Virus record (IMG/VR): IMGVR_UViG_3300032282_004772
Length of the DNA stretch: 64,000 bases
Source: a virus
Direction: 5' to 3' (one strand)
Shown here: positions 9,701 to 18,301 of the stretch, in pieces
Position numbering within the stretch: the stretch's first letter is position 1
Layout: the number at the start of each line of letters is the position of its first letter
The notes under the pieces: generated by a model
What the model was told of the DNA's origin: nothing
Databases searched by the model: none
The model's input: the letters and a program-made list of their open reading frames with translations, nothing else
Program-made: the position numbers and the translations under genes

Positions 9701-10095
9701 TTAGGTATACTTGTACAAACTTGGTCAAAGTTAACAGTAGTTGGGTCTACATTCGCCTCGGTAATGATAGACCAAGAAGGACCCGCGTCATAACCTGACA
9801 ATCCCAATATTCTTGTCATGAACATTTGGTTAGATTGTTGTAAGTATGATTTTGCAATATACGCGGCTTCGTACTTTGGAATTTGAGTGTTTATGAATTT
9901 TTCTGGATTAGTTCCCCCGAAATAAGTTTCGAATTCGCTATAGTTAGAGATAAAGATAGGTTCAAATGCCGGACCTTTTAAAGCCTCTCCGACAATACCT
10001 AAAGTAGTAACCCCAACACTTTGCGTAACAAAACTTAAATCTCGTTCTGAAGTGTACACACCTGGTGACACGAATACTTTGCTATTTGTTGCCAT
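6757..10095 (-). CDS. Contractile tail sheath protein with large Cys/Thr-rich insertion
   Basis: N-terminal FVSPGVY..E.D.S; C-terminal PWFASAG..RG, INPI, WGNKT, RINVRRLL, P.KSLEFI motifs. Confidence 0.95.
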   Translation of the reverse strand: MATNSKVFVSPGVYTSERDLSFVTQSVGVTTLGIVGEALKGPAFEPIFISNYSEFETYFGGTNPEKFINTQIPKYEAAYIAKSYLQQSNQMFMTRILGLSGYDAGPSWSIITEANVDPTTVNFDQVCTSIPNYIDNTCDISCTAITSAFTFDFTGCTNQAGTIEFTTSLPPEIAALIDVPYTQFNGGISTLRDDINLQLLDIFADNALEPYSINYFGTIPTVDYDMMTGLTASTNVFNVPSVSSDLTDYTSPYNDAWYYALFNNYSGESYSGFSFFTTVSGLTNITPITPTPTPGPTPTPTPTPDPCSTTTTTIPTSTTTTTTPQCYSGSVVGVLYYYTGTTYSNYNNLVVATLRSRGLSTYDSTHDGPTYEIPDLSGVTLDFTGTYSAVTKNPYAKFAINVNNGSVCNTCVFKTSLSLSDATYLPKVFGGTNFAKPRTEVPIYVEEVFQSMLDWAYKKGFIKGLRPNLIQLPAARSNDPSNIACYLEQYQAPASPWLVSELRGTKVYRLFKFISIADGNSANDQIKISMANMSFGNQTFDVLIRDFYDTDAAPVVLEKFTNCSMDPGQNNFIAKKIGSQDGEYALNSKYVMVEMNEDAPIDALPCGFEGYNFRMYDGVKSPFPIYKTKYDYPGEVIFNPPFGYINGTDNPAISAGDNVRRTYLGISSSVGYDLDFFQYVGKQNLNNTCDLVLQDWPYITKGFHMDSGATVVTITGGYVTSGKTSFAVGDAEFRSDPSLETNPYYRLYARKFTLLVQGGFDGWDVYREYRTYSDRYQVGSSGYLAGACYSDRYPNATGAGMFRRITVGDNTQDWGNTDYYAYLLGQKTFQNPEAVNINVFVTPGIDYVNQGNLVEQAINMIEYDRADSLYITTTPDFNMFVPSTTNSTDLIYPTEAVDNLEQTGIDSNYTCTYYPWVLTRDTVNNTQLYIPATAEVTRNLALTDNIAFPWFASAGYTRGLVNSIKARRKLTQEDRDTLYVGRINPIATFSDVGTVIWGNKTLQIRESALDRINVRRLLLQARKLISAVAVRLLFEQNDSKVRQDFLDAVNPILDAIRRDRGLYDFRVTVSSSPEDLDRNQLVGKIYIKPTKSLEFIDIEFLITPTGASFDNI

Positions 10096-10224
10096 TATTT
10101 TTTAATTTCTTTGCAGATTTATTTTATTCATAAATATTTGTTTTTATCCAAAAAATCTTTACTTTTAAAAAGATATTTCTATTGTGGCAGATTTAATTCT
10201 GCCTTTTTTCTGCCTATTTATAGT

Positions 10225-10386
10225 ATGGCCCAGGTTAAAAAAATAAAAAATATAAAAATTTCGATAGAATCACATGAAATTTTAAAAAAATATTGTGATA
10301 AGAGGGGTATTAAAATTTATAAATTTTTAGAAAATTTAATAATCGAAACCTGTAAAGAGAAAAAAGATATTTACGGAGAACATTAA
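10225..10386 (+). CDS. Small ribbon-helix-helix-like DNA-binding protein (53 aa; true start probably ATG 10225, not 10111)
   Basis: KNIKISIESHEILKKYCDKRGIKIYKFLENLI beta-alpha-alpha pattern; TATTTATA at 10215-10222. Confidence 0.6.
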   Translation: MAQVKKIKNIKISIESHEILKKYCDKRGIKIYKFLENLIIETCKEKKDIYGEH

Positions 10387-11417
10387 AGAAAGACCGATTG
10401 AAATTTAATAAATGAGTCTTCAGTTGGATTTTCTTTAATTATATTAAATCCTAATGTATCGGTTTCATTTATTTGTAACTTAGGAAGATTACTTCCAAAA
10501 TACATTCCATTTATATAAACATCATAACTAATTACGTTATGATTTGCAACCCAATCTAAATCTAAATTACCGTAAGGTCGTTCATTGACACTTACACTAC
10601 TTCCTGAAAAATCTACTAAAAATTCATTTGACGTAGGATTTCTTTTTCTTTTTTTCATTTTGTAATCAACCGAATTTGTTTCAAATATTTCAAATACTCT
10701 CTCAACCGCAGGTTTTACTTTAAATTCATCTTCATCGAGTAGAAATCCCATCATAGTAAAATCATAGGTTTGTATATAATATCTTCTTTTTTCTACATCC
10801 ATTACAGATTCTTCAGAAATATTATCCCAAATTATTGGAATATAATGTCCTTTTATTTCTGTGTATGATTGTCTAGATGAAAATTTTTGTAATACTATTT
10901 TATTTAAAGAGTTTAATTCTCTCATTCTATTACAAATAATTTTTAATGAAAATTTAATATCAACAGGTACTGGCTGTGGTATAGTATAAACATTAACACT
11001 AACTCTATCACCATCAAAACTAGGAACTGATGCGTAATAAAATTGTCGTCTATTTGGTATAGTATATTGTAAAGAAGGTAATGACCCGTATTTTATATCG
11101 GGACTTCTAATAACAGTAATAAATGGAGGTGAAACATTTTTATCTAAGTCTTGGAAATTCCAAGTTTGGGTAAATTGTGACCAACTTTGTGTGGTTATTA
11201 AAATATCAACTGTAGGTATTTTTTTTCCATCAACAACTACTTCTAATTCGTTTTTAACAAAATCTAAAAACCCTTTATCTAAATCTGCATGTAAAATAGA
11301 TTTAGGTAGAAAAGTTCCATGTTCATTTATCTTATCTAAAAGCTCGGCTCTTCTTGGATACAATGTACGATATGGAGTTAAAGATATGTCTTTTTTTATT
11401 TTTTTCGGAAACCCCAT
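10383..11417 (-). CDS. Tail terminator / sheath stabiliser (gp15-like)
   Basis: P.ITV.R and PVPVDIKFSL.I motifs; lies between neck gene and sheath. Confidence 0.55.
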   Translation of the reverse strand: MGFPKKIKKDISLTPYRTLYPRRAELLDKINEHGTFLPKSILHADLDKGFLDFVKNELEVVVDGKKIPTVDILITTQSWSQFTQTWNFQDLDKNVSPPFITVIRSPDIKYGSLPSLQYTIPNRRQFYYASVPSFDGDRVSVNVYTIPQPVPVDIKFSLKIICNRMRELNSLNKIVLQKFSSRQSYTEIKGHYIPIIWDNISEESVMDVEKRRYYIQTYDFTMMGFLLDEDEFKVKPAVERVFEIFETNSVDYKMKKRKRNPTSNEFLVDFSGSSVSVNERPYGNLDLDWVANHNVISYDVYINGMYFGSNLPKLQINETDTLGFNIIKENPTEDSFIKFQSVFL

Positions 11418-11421
11418 TTTA

Positions 11422-12798
11422 TTAATATTTTATAATTTCATTTATTACGAATAATTTATTTTTTAAATTAATCATATCAACTTCTTTTGCTTTATATATG
11501 GGTTGTTTTGTATTTTTATAAACAAAACTATCATATTTGTATGGATTATAAGTAACAACATTACTATTAGACTCTTTTGGCATGTTTTCACAAGGATATA
11601 AACAATAATCTACTAATGTCCCAATTACAAAGGCGTGAACATTTTTATTTTTTTCTATTCTAACCTTTTCTCTACCACCTTCTCTAACTCTGAATTCAAC
11701 ATCTTTTAATTTAACATAATCCGCATACATTATTACTTTTGATTTGTAGGTTATTGAAAAAGTATGTTTATGTAAATTATAGTACACCATAACTTTTTTA
11801 CCCTTTAAATCATCTTTTGAATTATCATTACCACATTTATGACAAATATATGGGTCATCTCCTCCATCACTTAAATCCCAAGACCAACCACATTTATCAC
11901 AAGTAACAGTATTATTTTGAACTGATTCAGATATATTTTTTTTATTAATAATTTCTTTTATTTCTTCAACAGTTGAATATAACATGGTTAAAAACATTTT
12001 CCAACCCTTTTGACTGTATGTTTGGATTAAATCAATAATCCTTAAAAAATATGGCTCATAATCTGGTGTGTCTTTATATAATTCAGATACTTTTGGATAC
12101 TCTGTCATAATTGATGAAAGTATTTTTTCAAACTTACTATCAAATCCTCTTTGTCCATTCATTTCATCTATTATGTCATATGACAAAGGATTCAATGGTT
12201 CTAATTCATTGAAAAATCCTAATATATTTTTTAATGAACCTAATAATAATTCTCTATCTTTTTCATCTCTGACATACTTAATTCTTTCTTTATATTCTTG
12301 GACTAATGCCTCAAAAAACTCACCCGTTATTCCTCTAAGTTCAATTCCGTGAGAATAATATAATTCAGGAAAATTATTTGGGTCTGCGTATTTTGATAAA
12401 TATTTTTTAGAAATTTTTGTTGTTATTGTCGGGTCAACCGCATGTAAAAATTCATGATATAAAGAATTATATAAATTCTTTTTACTCATAGAATATTTTG
12501 GATTAACAACTAAAAAAAGATTTTCAATACTTGGAGTATCTGTAGTGTCATAAGCAATTGCCGCAAAAGTTTCAAATGTCGGGTCTATATATACAGGTAA
12601 ATAATATTCAGTACCATCTAAAGTTGTTATTGGTATATTTTTAAAAAAATATTGAGAACGTTTTTTTGAAGTTTTAATTTCTGTTTCTAAATCAGATAAA
12701 AGAGATATTAGGGTTGATAAGTTTTTATCATCCAATTTAAATCTCTTACTCGATTCATTTAATTTAAAATATTGGTTTTCAGTTATTATTATTTTCAT
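11422..12798 (-). CDS. Multidomain protein: MKIIITE leader, HExxH zincin-like domain, CxxC..CxxC Zn ribbon, C-terminal phage domain
   Basis: LYHEFLHAVD with downstream E (GIELRG); CDKC...CHKC; YNLHK/NVHAF/YNPYK segment. Confidence 0.55.
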   Translation of the reverse strand: MKIIITENQYFKLNESSKRFKLDDKNLSTLISLLSDLETEIKTSKKRSQYFFKNIPITTLDGTEYYLPVYIDPTFETFAAIAYDTTDTPSIENLFLVVNPKYSMSKKNLYNSLYHEFLHAVDPTITTKISKKYLSKYADPNNFPELYYSHGIELRGITGEFFEALVQEYKERIKYVRDEKDRELLLGSLKNILGFFNELEPLNPLSYDIIDEMNGQRGFDSKFEKILSSIMTEYPKVSELYKDTPDYEPYFLRIIDLIQTYSQKGWKMFLTMLYSTVEEIKEIINKKNISESVQNNTVTCDKCGWSWDLSDGGDDPYICHKCGNDNSKDDLKGKKVMVYYNLHKHTFSITYKSKVIMYADYVKLKDVEFRVREGGREKVRIEKNKNVHAFVIGTLVDYCLYPCENMPKESNSNVVTYNPYKYDSFVYKNTKQPIYKAKEVDMINLKNKLFVINEIIKY

Positions 12799-13313
12799 TA
12801 TATACCTTTAAATTCATTATTACTAACAGGTGAAGCGATTATTGTTCTATAAAATGGTTTATATCCCGCATATGTATGTTTATTATCCGATACAACTCTT
12901 CCATCATTATTAACAACATAATATCTTACTCTAGTTTCTGTTTCATAATATCCTATATAATCACCATAAGATATGTCAATATCTAATTCATCCAAATGAG
13001 ACTGATATACTGATATTCTAACATTACCAGGTTCTATTTGTTCTATTTTTGAGTTACCTAAATTTTTATTTTCAGGAGCCATTACTTGTATGAAGGCTTT
13101 AAACTCAACGGGAGGTAAGAATTTTATACCATCTGATACCGCTTCACCATAGACATCATCAGTCTTTGTTTTATATCTATCAATTCTATATAAAACAAAA
13201 GTGAAATTCATATCACCGTGTAACCACTCTTTTCCCATTTCAATGTCCAAGTCAAAATCTTCTTGTCCAAAGAACTTTCCTATTCTTGATATTGGTACTT
13301 TATTTGTCGACAT
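12798..13313 (-). CDS. Neck / head-closure protein (gp14-like)
   Basis: DDVYGE, GD.I pattern; position upstream of tail terminator and sheath. Confidence 0.55.
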   Translation of the reverse strand: MSTNKVPISRIGKFFGQEDFDLDIEMGKEWLHGDMNFTFVLYRIDRYKTKTDDVYGEAVSDGIKFLPPVEFKAFIQVMAPENKNLGNSKIEQIEPGNVRISVYQSHLDELDIDISYGDYIGYYETETRVRYYVVNNDGRVVSDNKHTYAGYKPFYRTIIASPVSNNEFKGI

Positions 13314-13363
13314 ATTGATAAATATCTAAATATTTGTTATCATTTATATGATATTTAATAAAA

Positions 13364-15136
13364 TTGGATTTAAACGAAAATGATAATAAAATATTGTTGG
13401 AACAAAGGGCTTTAGAAGTCCTTGATAAGTATGATGGTGCCAACAATTATCTTCTAAGATTAAAATATCAAAAAGAAAAAAATAGTAAGTTTTATCCAAC
13501 AAGAGCCCAATCGGAATACATTTTAAATTTTCATAATACCATTCCTAAAATTGCAAAAAAATGGGTTGATTTGGACCCTTATTTTGCAAAAAAACTTGCG
13601 GACGAAAAACTTTATACACAAGTACCTGAACAAGTTTGGATTGAAAAACTTTTAGTTGAAAAAGACAAGGCGTACCATATTTGGGGTAAAGTTTTTAGTG
13701 GAGAATCGTTACACGAATTTTGGTTACCAAAAGTATCAATTATAAAAACACATAAGACAGAAAAAGTTGAAATAGACTATTCAAAATATGATAATAGGCC
13801 TCCATTAAATCATCAAAAAGAAGCGATTGAAAAATTAGTTGGAACCAAAAGATTTATTTTGGCCGATGATATGGGGTTAGGTAAAACGACTTCAACAATT
13901 ATTGCAGCATTAGAAACAAACGCCAAAAAAATATTAATAATTTGTCCCGCGTCATTAAAAATTAATTGGATGAGGGAAATACAAAATTATACCAATAGGT
14001 CCGTTTATATTTGTGAAGGTAAAAATTTTTCAGAAGACCACGATTTTGTAATTGTTAATTATGATATTATCAAAAACTTTTATGATATTAAAAACAGAGA
14101 AGAAAGTTTAATATATAAAGTTAATTTTGATTTAATCATTATTGATGAAGCCCATTATTTACAGAATGCCCAAGCCCAGAGGACAAAACTAGTTAATAGT
14201 TTTGCAAAAAGAACTGATAGACTTTGGTTGTTAACAGGAACTCCAATGACATCAAGACCGATTAATTATTATAATTTATTAAATCTAATTGAATCTCCTG
14301 TGGCCCAAAATTGGATGGCTTACGCAATAAGATATTGTGAAGGATATCAATTTAGAGTTGGTGGAAATAGAAAGGTTTGGAACGTAAATGGTGCGTCTAA
14401 TTTAGATGAATTAAGAGATAGAACTTCTAAACAAATCTTAAGAAGATTAAAAGAAGATGTTTTAGACTTACCTGATAAAATTATTACCCCCGTATATCTT
14501 AGACTGAAATCAAGATTGTATGAAGAACTGATGGGAGAATACTATGATTGGTATCGAACAAAAAAAGAAGAATCGTCGTCTTTAACCCTACAATTTTCCA
14601 AGTTGACAAAAGTAAGACAAATAATTGCCACAGAAAAAATATTTAGTACAATTGAATTGGCGGAAAATATTGTAGAACAAGGTAAAAAAGTTATTATTTT
14701 TACAAATTTTACTGATTCATTAGAAAGGATTGTTGAGCATTTTGGTAAACAATGTGTGTTTGTTGACGGAAGTTCTTCTAAAATTGCAAGACAAAACTCA
14801 GTAGATAGGTTTCAGGATGATGAAAAAATTAAAGTTTTTGTTGGGAATATAAAAGCGGCAGGAGTTGGATTAACATTAACTGCTGCTCAGGCGGTAATCA
14901 TGAATGACTTGTCTTTTGTTCCTTCAGACCATAGTCAAGCGGAAGACAGAGCGTATAGATATGGTCAAAATTCAAATGTTTCAGTATATTACCCTATTTT
15001 TGAAAATACTATTGAAGGGGCAATATATGACATTCTTTCAAAGAAAAAACTTATAATAGGAACCGTTATGGGAGATTCTATGGATAAGTCAGATTTTGCT
15101 GAAGAAATACTAAATTATATAAATAAAGGTGTATAA
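13364..15136 (+). CDS. SNF2-family (SMARCAL1/HARP-like) helicase/ATPase
   Basis: LADDMGLGKT, ICPASL, DEAH, LTGTP, AGVGLTLT, QAEDRAYR.GQ. Confidence 0.93.
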   Translation: MDLNENDNKILLEQRALEVLDKYDGANNYLLRLKYQKEKNSKFYPTRAQSEYILNFHNTIPKIAKKWVDLDPYFAKKLADEKLYTQVPEQVWIEKLLVEKDKAYHIWGKVFSGESLHEFWLPKVSIIKTHKTEKVEIDYSKYDNRPPLNHQKEAIEKLVGTKRFILADDMGLGKTTSTIIAALETNAKKILIICPASLKINWMREIQNYTNRSVYICEGKNFSEDHDFVIVNYDIIKNFYDIKNREESLIYKVNFDLIIIDEAHYLQNAQAQRTKLVNSFAKRTDRLWLLTGTPMTSRPINYYNLLNLIESPVAQNWMAYAIRYCEGYQFRVGGNRKVWNVNGASNLDELRDRTSKQILRRLKEDVLDLPDKIITPVYLRLKSRLYEELMGEYYDWYRTKKEESSSLTLQFSKLTKVRQIIATEKIFSTIELAENIVEQGKKVIIFTNFTDSLERIVEHFGKQCVFVDGSSSKIARQNSVDRFQDDEKIKVFVGNIKAAGVGLTLTAAQAVIMNDLSFVPSDHSQAEDRAYRYGQNSNVSVYYPIFENTIEGAIYDILSKKKLIIGTVMGDSMDKSDFAEEILNYINKGV

Positions 15137-15177
15137 TTTAACTATTTGGATTATTTATATACTATAAAGCCTATAGT

Positions 15178-16857
15178 ATGAAAAATCTAGTAAACAAAAT
15201 TGAAAGAATAGAAAAAGAAATTATTAAATCAGAATCTAAGACTACCCAAAAATTTTTTCTTTCTGAAATGAAACGAATTGGTATTGAAAAATTACCTTAT
15301 TCGTTTGCATCCCTAAAAAGATTTATTGACCCTGAAACAATGGACTACCATTATAATAAACATTATAAGGGTTATGTTGAGAAACTAAACACCGCCCTAA
15401 ATAAGAGAAAATTTGGTGATTTAGATTTGGAACAAATTGTTAAATCGATAAGTAGATTTAATAAAACAATAAGAAATAATGCCGGTGGAGCTTACAATCA
15501 CGCTCTTTTTTGGAAGATGTTATCTCCAAAACCACAAAAACCTAAAGGTCAACTCTTAAGAAAAATTGAAAGTGTATTTGGAGGAGTTCCCGCATTTAAG
15601 AAAAAATTTGAAGAAGAGTGTAAAGAAAGATTTGGGTCGGGATGGTGTTGGTTAGTAATAACTAAAAACAATTCATTAAAAATTGTTTCGACTCCAAATC
15701 AAGATAATCCATTAATGAATGATGTTAAAGATGGGGGATACCCAATTTTAGGATTGGATTTATGGGAACACGCTTATTATTTGAAGTATCGAAACAAAAG
15801 AGATGAATATATTAAGAATTTTTGGGATGCGGTTAACTGGGAGTTTGTTGAGAAACTTTATTTAATGAAAGTGGAAACAAAGTTAACGGAAGAAGTTGTT
15901 TTAGAACAATTAATGAGAGATAATAATGACTTTCTTTTAATTGAACAACAAAATGAATCCCAAAGTTGTTCTTCTGAAGAAACAAAATTATTTAAAAGAT
16001 TATTGTTCCCCCCAACAAATTTATTAGAAAAATCAAAAGAGTATGGGGAATTTATAAAAGAATATACTGCAGGATGGATGGATGTTTTGAGAAAATCGTA
16101 TCCTGAAAATTGGAAAGAAAGAAATCAATTATTTCAAGGACATGAGGCCGGATTATATACTAAAGAAAATGTTAGGTCACTTTTAATGAACTTAACATCG
16201 TCTTATGTTGCGTTTTGTATTATTCACAAAGATATTAATCAATATCTAAAAAGTACAAACCAAAAAATAATCGAGTATGGAGATGACCCTAAAAAAAATC
16301 TATTGGAATTAAGAAGATTCTTTTCGGTTTTAGATGGTTTAAGAGCAACAATTTTTAAAAGAGGCGAACAATCAATAACTTTAAATAAAATAGGAAGAGT
16401 ATTAAAAAAATCAGATTGTTTAGGTAAGAGAAACGAACAAGCGTCAGAACAAATTATAAATCAAATTTTGGGTGCAAATACTTGTGAAATAAAATCAGGA
16501 GGTGGAATTAGTAATGATATGTATTCAGGAATTGATGCCATTCTTAATATTGAAGGAAAACGTTTAAAGGCTCAAATAAAACCTTTCACAAACGCATATA
16601 AAAAAGAATTTGACACTGAAGAATATTATATAGTTGAAGGGGCATCTAGTACAAAGGCCTACAAAACTGTGGATTTATTAATTTTTGTTAATGTAAAAAC
16701 TAAAAACGTGAAAATTTTTAATTCAAAAAACGTTAGAATAAATCAAGGAAATTATATTATACCATCAAATTATTTAGCTTATGATTTATTTGCGAAAGAA
16801 CCAATTGAATTAATTGATTGTAACAAATATTTATCAGAAAATATGATATGGGAATAA
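15178..16857 (+). CDS. Fe/Mn superoxide dismutase fused to a C-terminal domain of about 300 aa
   Basis: HYNKH, NHALFW, FGSGW.WL, NQD, DLWEHAYY; metal ligands intact; long extension after aa ~230. Confidence 0.9.
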   Translation: MKNLVNKIERIEKEIIKSESKTTQKFFLSEMKRIGIEKLPYSFASLKRFIDPETMDYHYNKHYKGYVEKLNTALNKRKFGDLDLEQIVKSISRFNKTIRNNAGGAYNHALFWKMLSPKPQKPKGQLLRKIESVFGGVPAFKKKFEEECKERFGSGWCWLVITKNNSLKIVSTPNQDNPLMNDVKDGGYPILGLDLWEHAYYLKYRNKRDEYIKNFWDAVNWEFVEKLYLMKVETKLTEEVVLEQLMRDNNDFLLIEQQNESQSCSSEETKLFKRLLFPPTNLLEKSKEYGEFIKEYTAGWMDVLRKSYPENWKERNQLFQGHEAGLYTKENVRSLLMNLTSSYVAFCIIHKDINQYLKSTNQKIIEYGDDPKKNLLELRRFFSVLDGLRATIFKRGEQSITLNKIGRVLKKSDCLGKRNEQASEQIINQILGANTCEIKSGGGISNDMYSGIDAILNIEGKRLKAQIKPFTNAYKKEFDTEEYYIVEGASSTKAYKTVDLLIFVNVKTKNVKIFNSKNVRINQGNYIIPSNYLAYDLFAKEPIELIDCNKYLSENMIWE

Positions 16858-17960
16858 TCGCAGAACCTGAAAGAACAAAACTTTACACCAGAATAAGACA
16901 CCTGTTAGGTGCTCCAATAAGAGGTGTTGAATTAGAGGACGAAATGATGGACTCTTTACTTGAATTTGCTATTGGGGATTACTCCCAATACATTCAAGAT
17001 TGGTTAATCGAATCTCAATGGTCTGCATTACAAAATCTAAATTTAGATGAACAATCATTAACAAAGGCGTTTATTACAAGAAGTTTAGATTACGAAACAA
17101 GATATAGTTATGCGTATTCTAAAATAGTTGGACTACAGGCAGGAGGACCTTGGGTTTTAAAGAAAGATTACATTCAATTACAAAAAGGACAACAATTATA
17201 TGAAGTTCCGGCTAATAGAGAAATAAATGAATTACTATGGTTTACTCCTGCAGAATTAACAAATATTTTATTTGACCCTTGGTCTTTTGGAGTTATGGGA
17301 GGACCCGGATTAGGAGGTCCTGGAGGATATTCACAAATCGGTTATAGTGGTTCATACTTTTTAATGCCAGCATTTGATATGTTACTCAGAATGCAAGAAA
17401 TTAATATCCAAAGAAGAATAATTGCTTCAGATTTAACATATAGAATAACTGCATTACCTGATGGTAAAAAATTAGTTCATTTAATGAATACACCTGGAGG
17501 TAAATTTGATTTTGGGAATTCTAACTTTTATCAGGGAAAAGTTTGGTATTGGTATTATGATACTGAAGGTGCAGACAGAGACCAATGTTTAAAAGACAAT
17601 CCTGATATTATCAAATTACCATCTGACGTTCCTTTAGATTCTATTGATTGGGTTGATTTAAATAATCCATCCCAACAATGGGTTAGAAGATGGTTTATTG
17701 CGTTATGTAAAGAAACTTTAGCAAGAGTTAGGGGGAAATATAGTGGAAATTTAAAAACACCTGATTCAGAGTTAACAATGGATTATCAATCTTTACTCAC
17801 TGAAGCCAAAGATGAAAAAGATAAGTTATACACTGAATTATCTGCTAGACTTGAGAGAATGAGACCTGAAAAAATGATGGAAAAAGAGGCGTTAACCGCT
17901 GAAAACCTTAATAAGGCAATGAAGTATAGAGCATTTCCTCGTCAAATATATGTAATTTAA
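16848..17960 (+). CDS. Neck / head-tail adaptor protein (gp13-like)
   Basis: R..LGAP...VEL.DE N-terminus; W.R....AL.KE.L..VRGKY C-terminus. Confidence 0.7.
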   Translation: MGIIAEPERTKLYTRIRHLLGAPIRGVELEDEMMDSLLEFAIGDYSQYIQDWLIESQWSALQNLNLDEQSLTKAFITRSLDYETRYSYAYSKIVGLQAGGPWVLKKDYIQLQKGQQLYEVPANREINELLWFTPAELTNILFDPWSFGVMGGPGLGGPGGYSQIGYSGSYFLMPAFDMLLRMQEINIQRRIIASDLTYRITALPDGKKLVHLMNTPGGKFDFGNSNFYQGKVWYWYYDTEGADRDQCLKDNPDIIKLPSDVPLDSIDWVDLNNPSQQWVRRWFIALCKETLARVRGKYSGNLKTPDSELTMDYQSLLTEAKDEKDKLYTELSARLERMRPEKMMEKEALTAENLNKAMKYRAFPRQIYVI

Positions 17961-17965
17961 TTTTT

Positions 17966-18301
17966 ATGCCGATAGTACGAAGTATACCTTCAGAGAAAAT
18001 AGTAAATGGAAATTTAATAAAAACTTCCCAAAATGTTATAATATCTGAATCAAGTTATAAAACAAAAGGTGAAGACTTTATTGTTGTTAAAAACATAGAT
18101 AATTCTAAAATAGTTTTAGATAGTGTTACTACTGACCATGTAACAATTAAAGCTTTAACAAAAGTATTAATCATTCCTGATTCAGGTAAAATAGATGAAG
18201 AATTTGATGAAGTCTTTATTGATAAAGGTACTTGTATTGAATTATCATACTGTGGAGGATGTTGGTACATCATGAGTTCTGATGGACTCAAGCTCAATTA
18301 A
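17966..18301 (+). CDS. Hypothetical small beta-rich protein
   Basis: 111 aa ORF co-oriented with and 5 nt after the neck gene. Confidence 0.6.
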   Translation: MPIVRSIPSEKIVNGNLIKTSQNVIISESSYKTKGEDFIVVKNIDNSKIVLDSVTTDHVTIKALTKVLIIPDSGKIDEEFDEVFIDKGTCIELSYCGGCWYIMSSDGLKLN

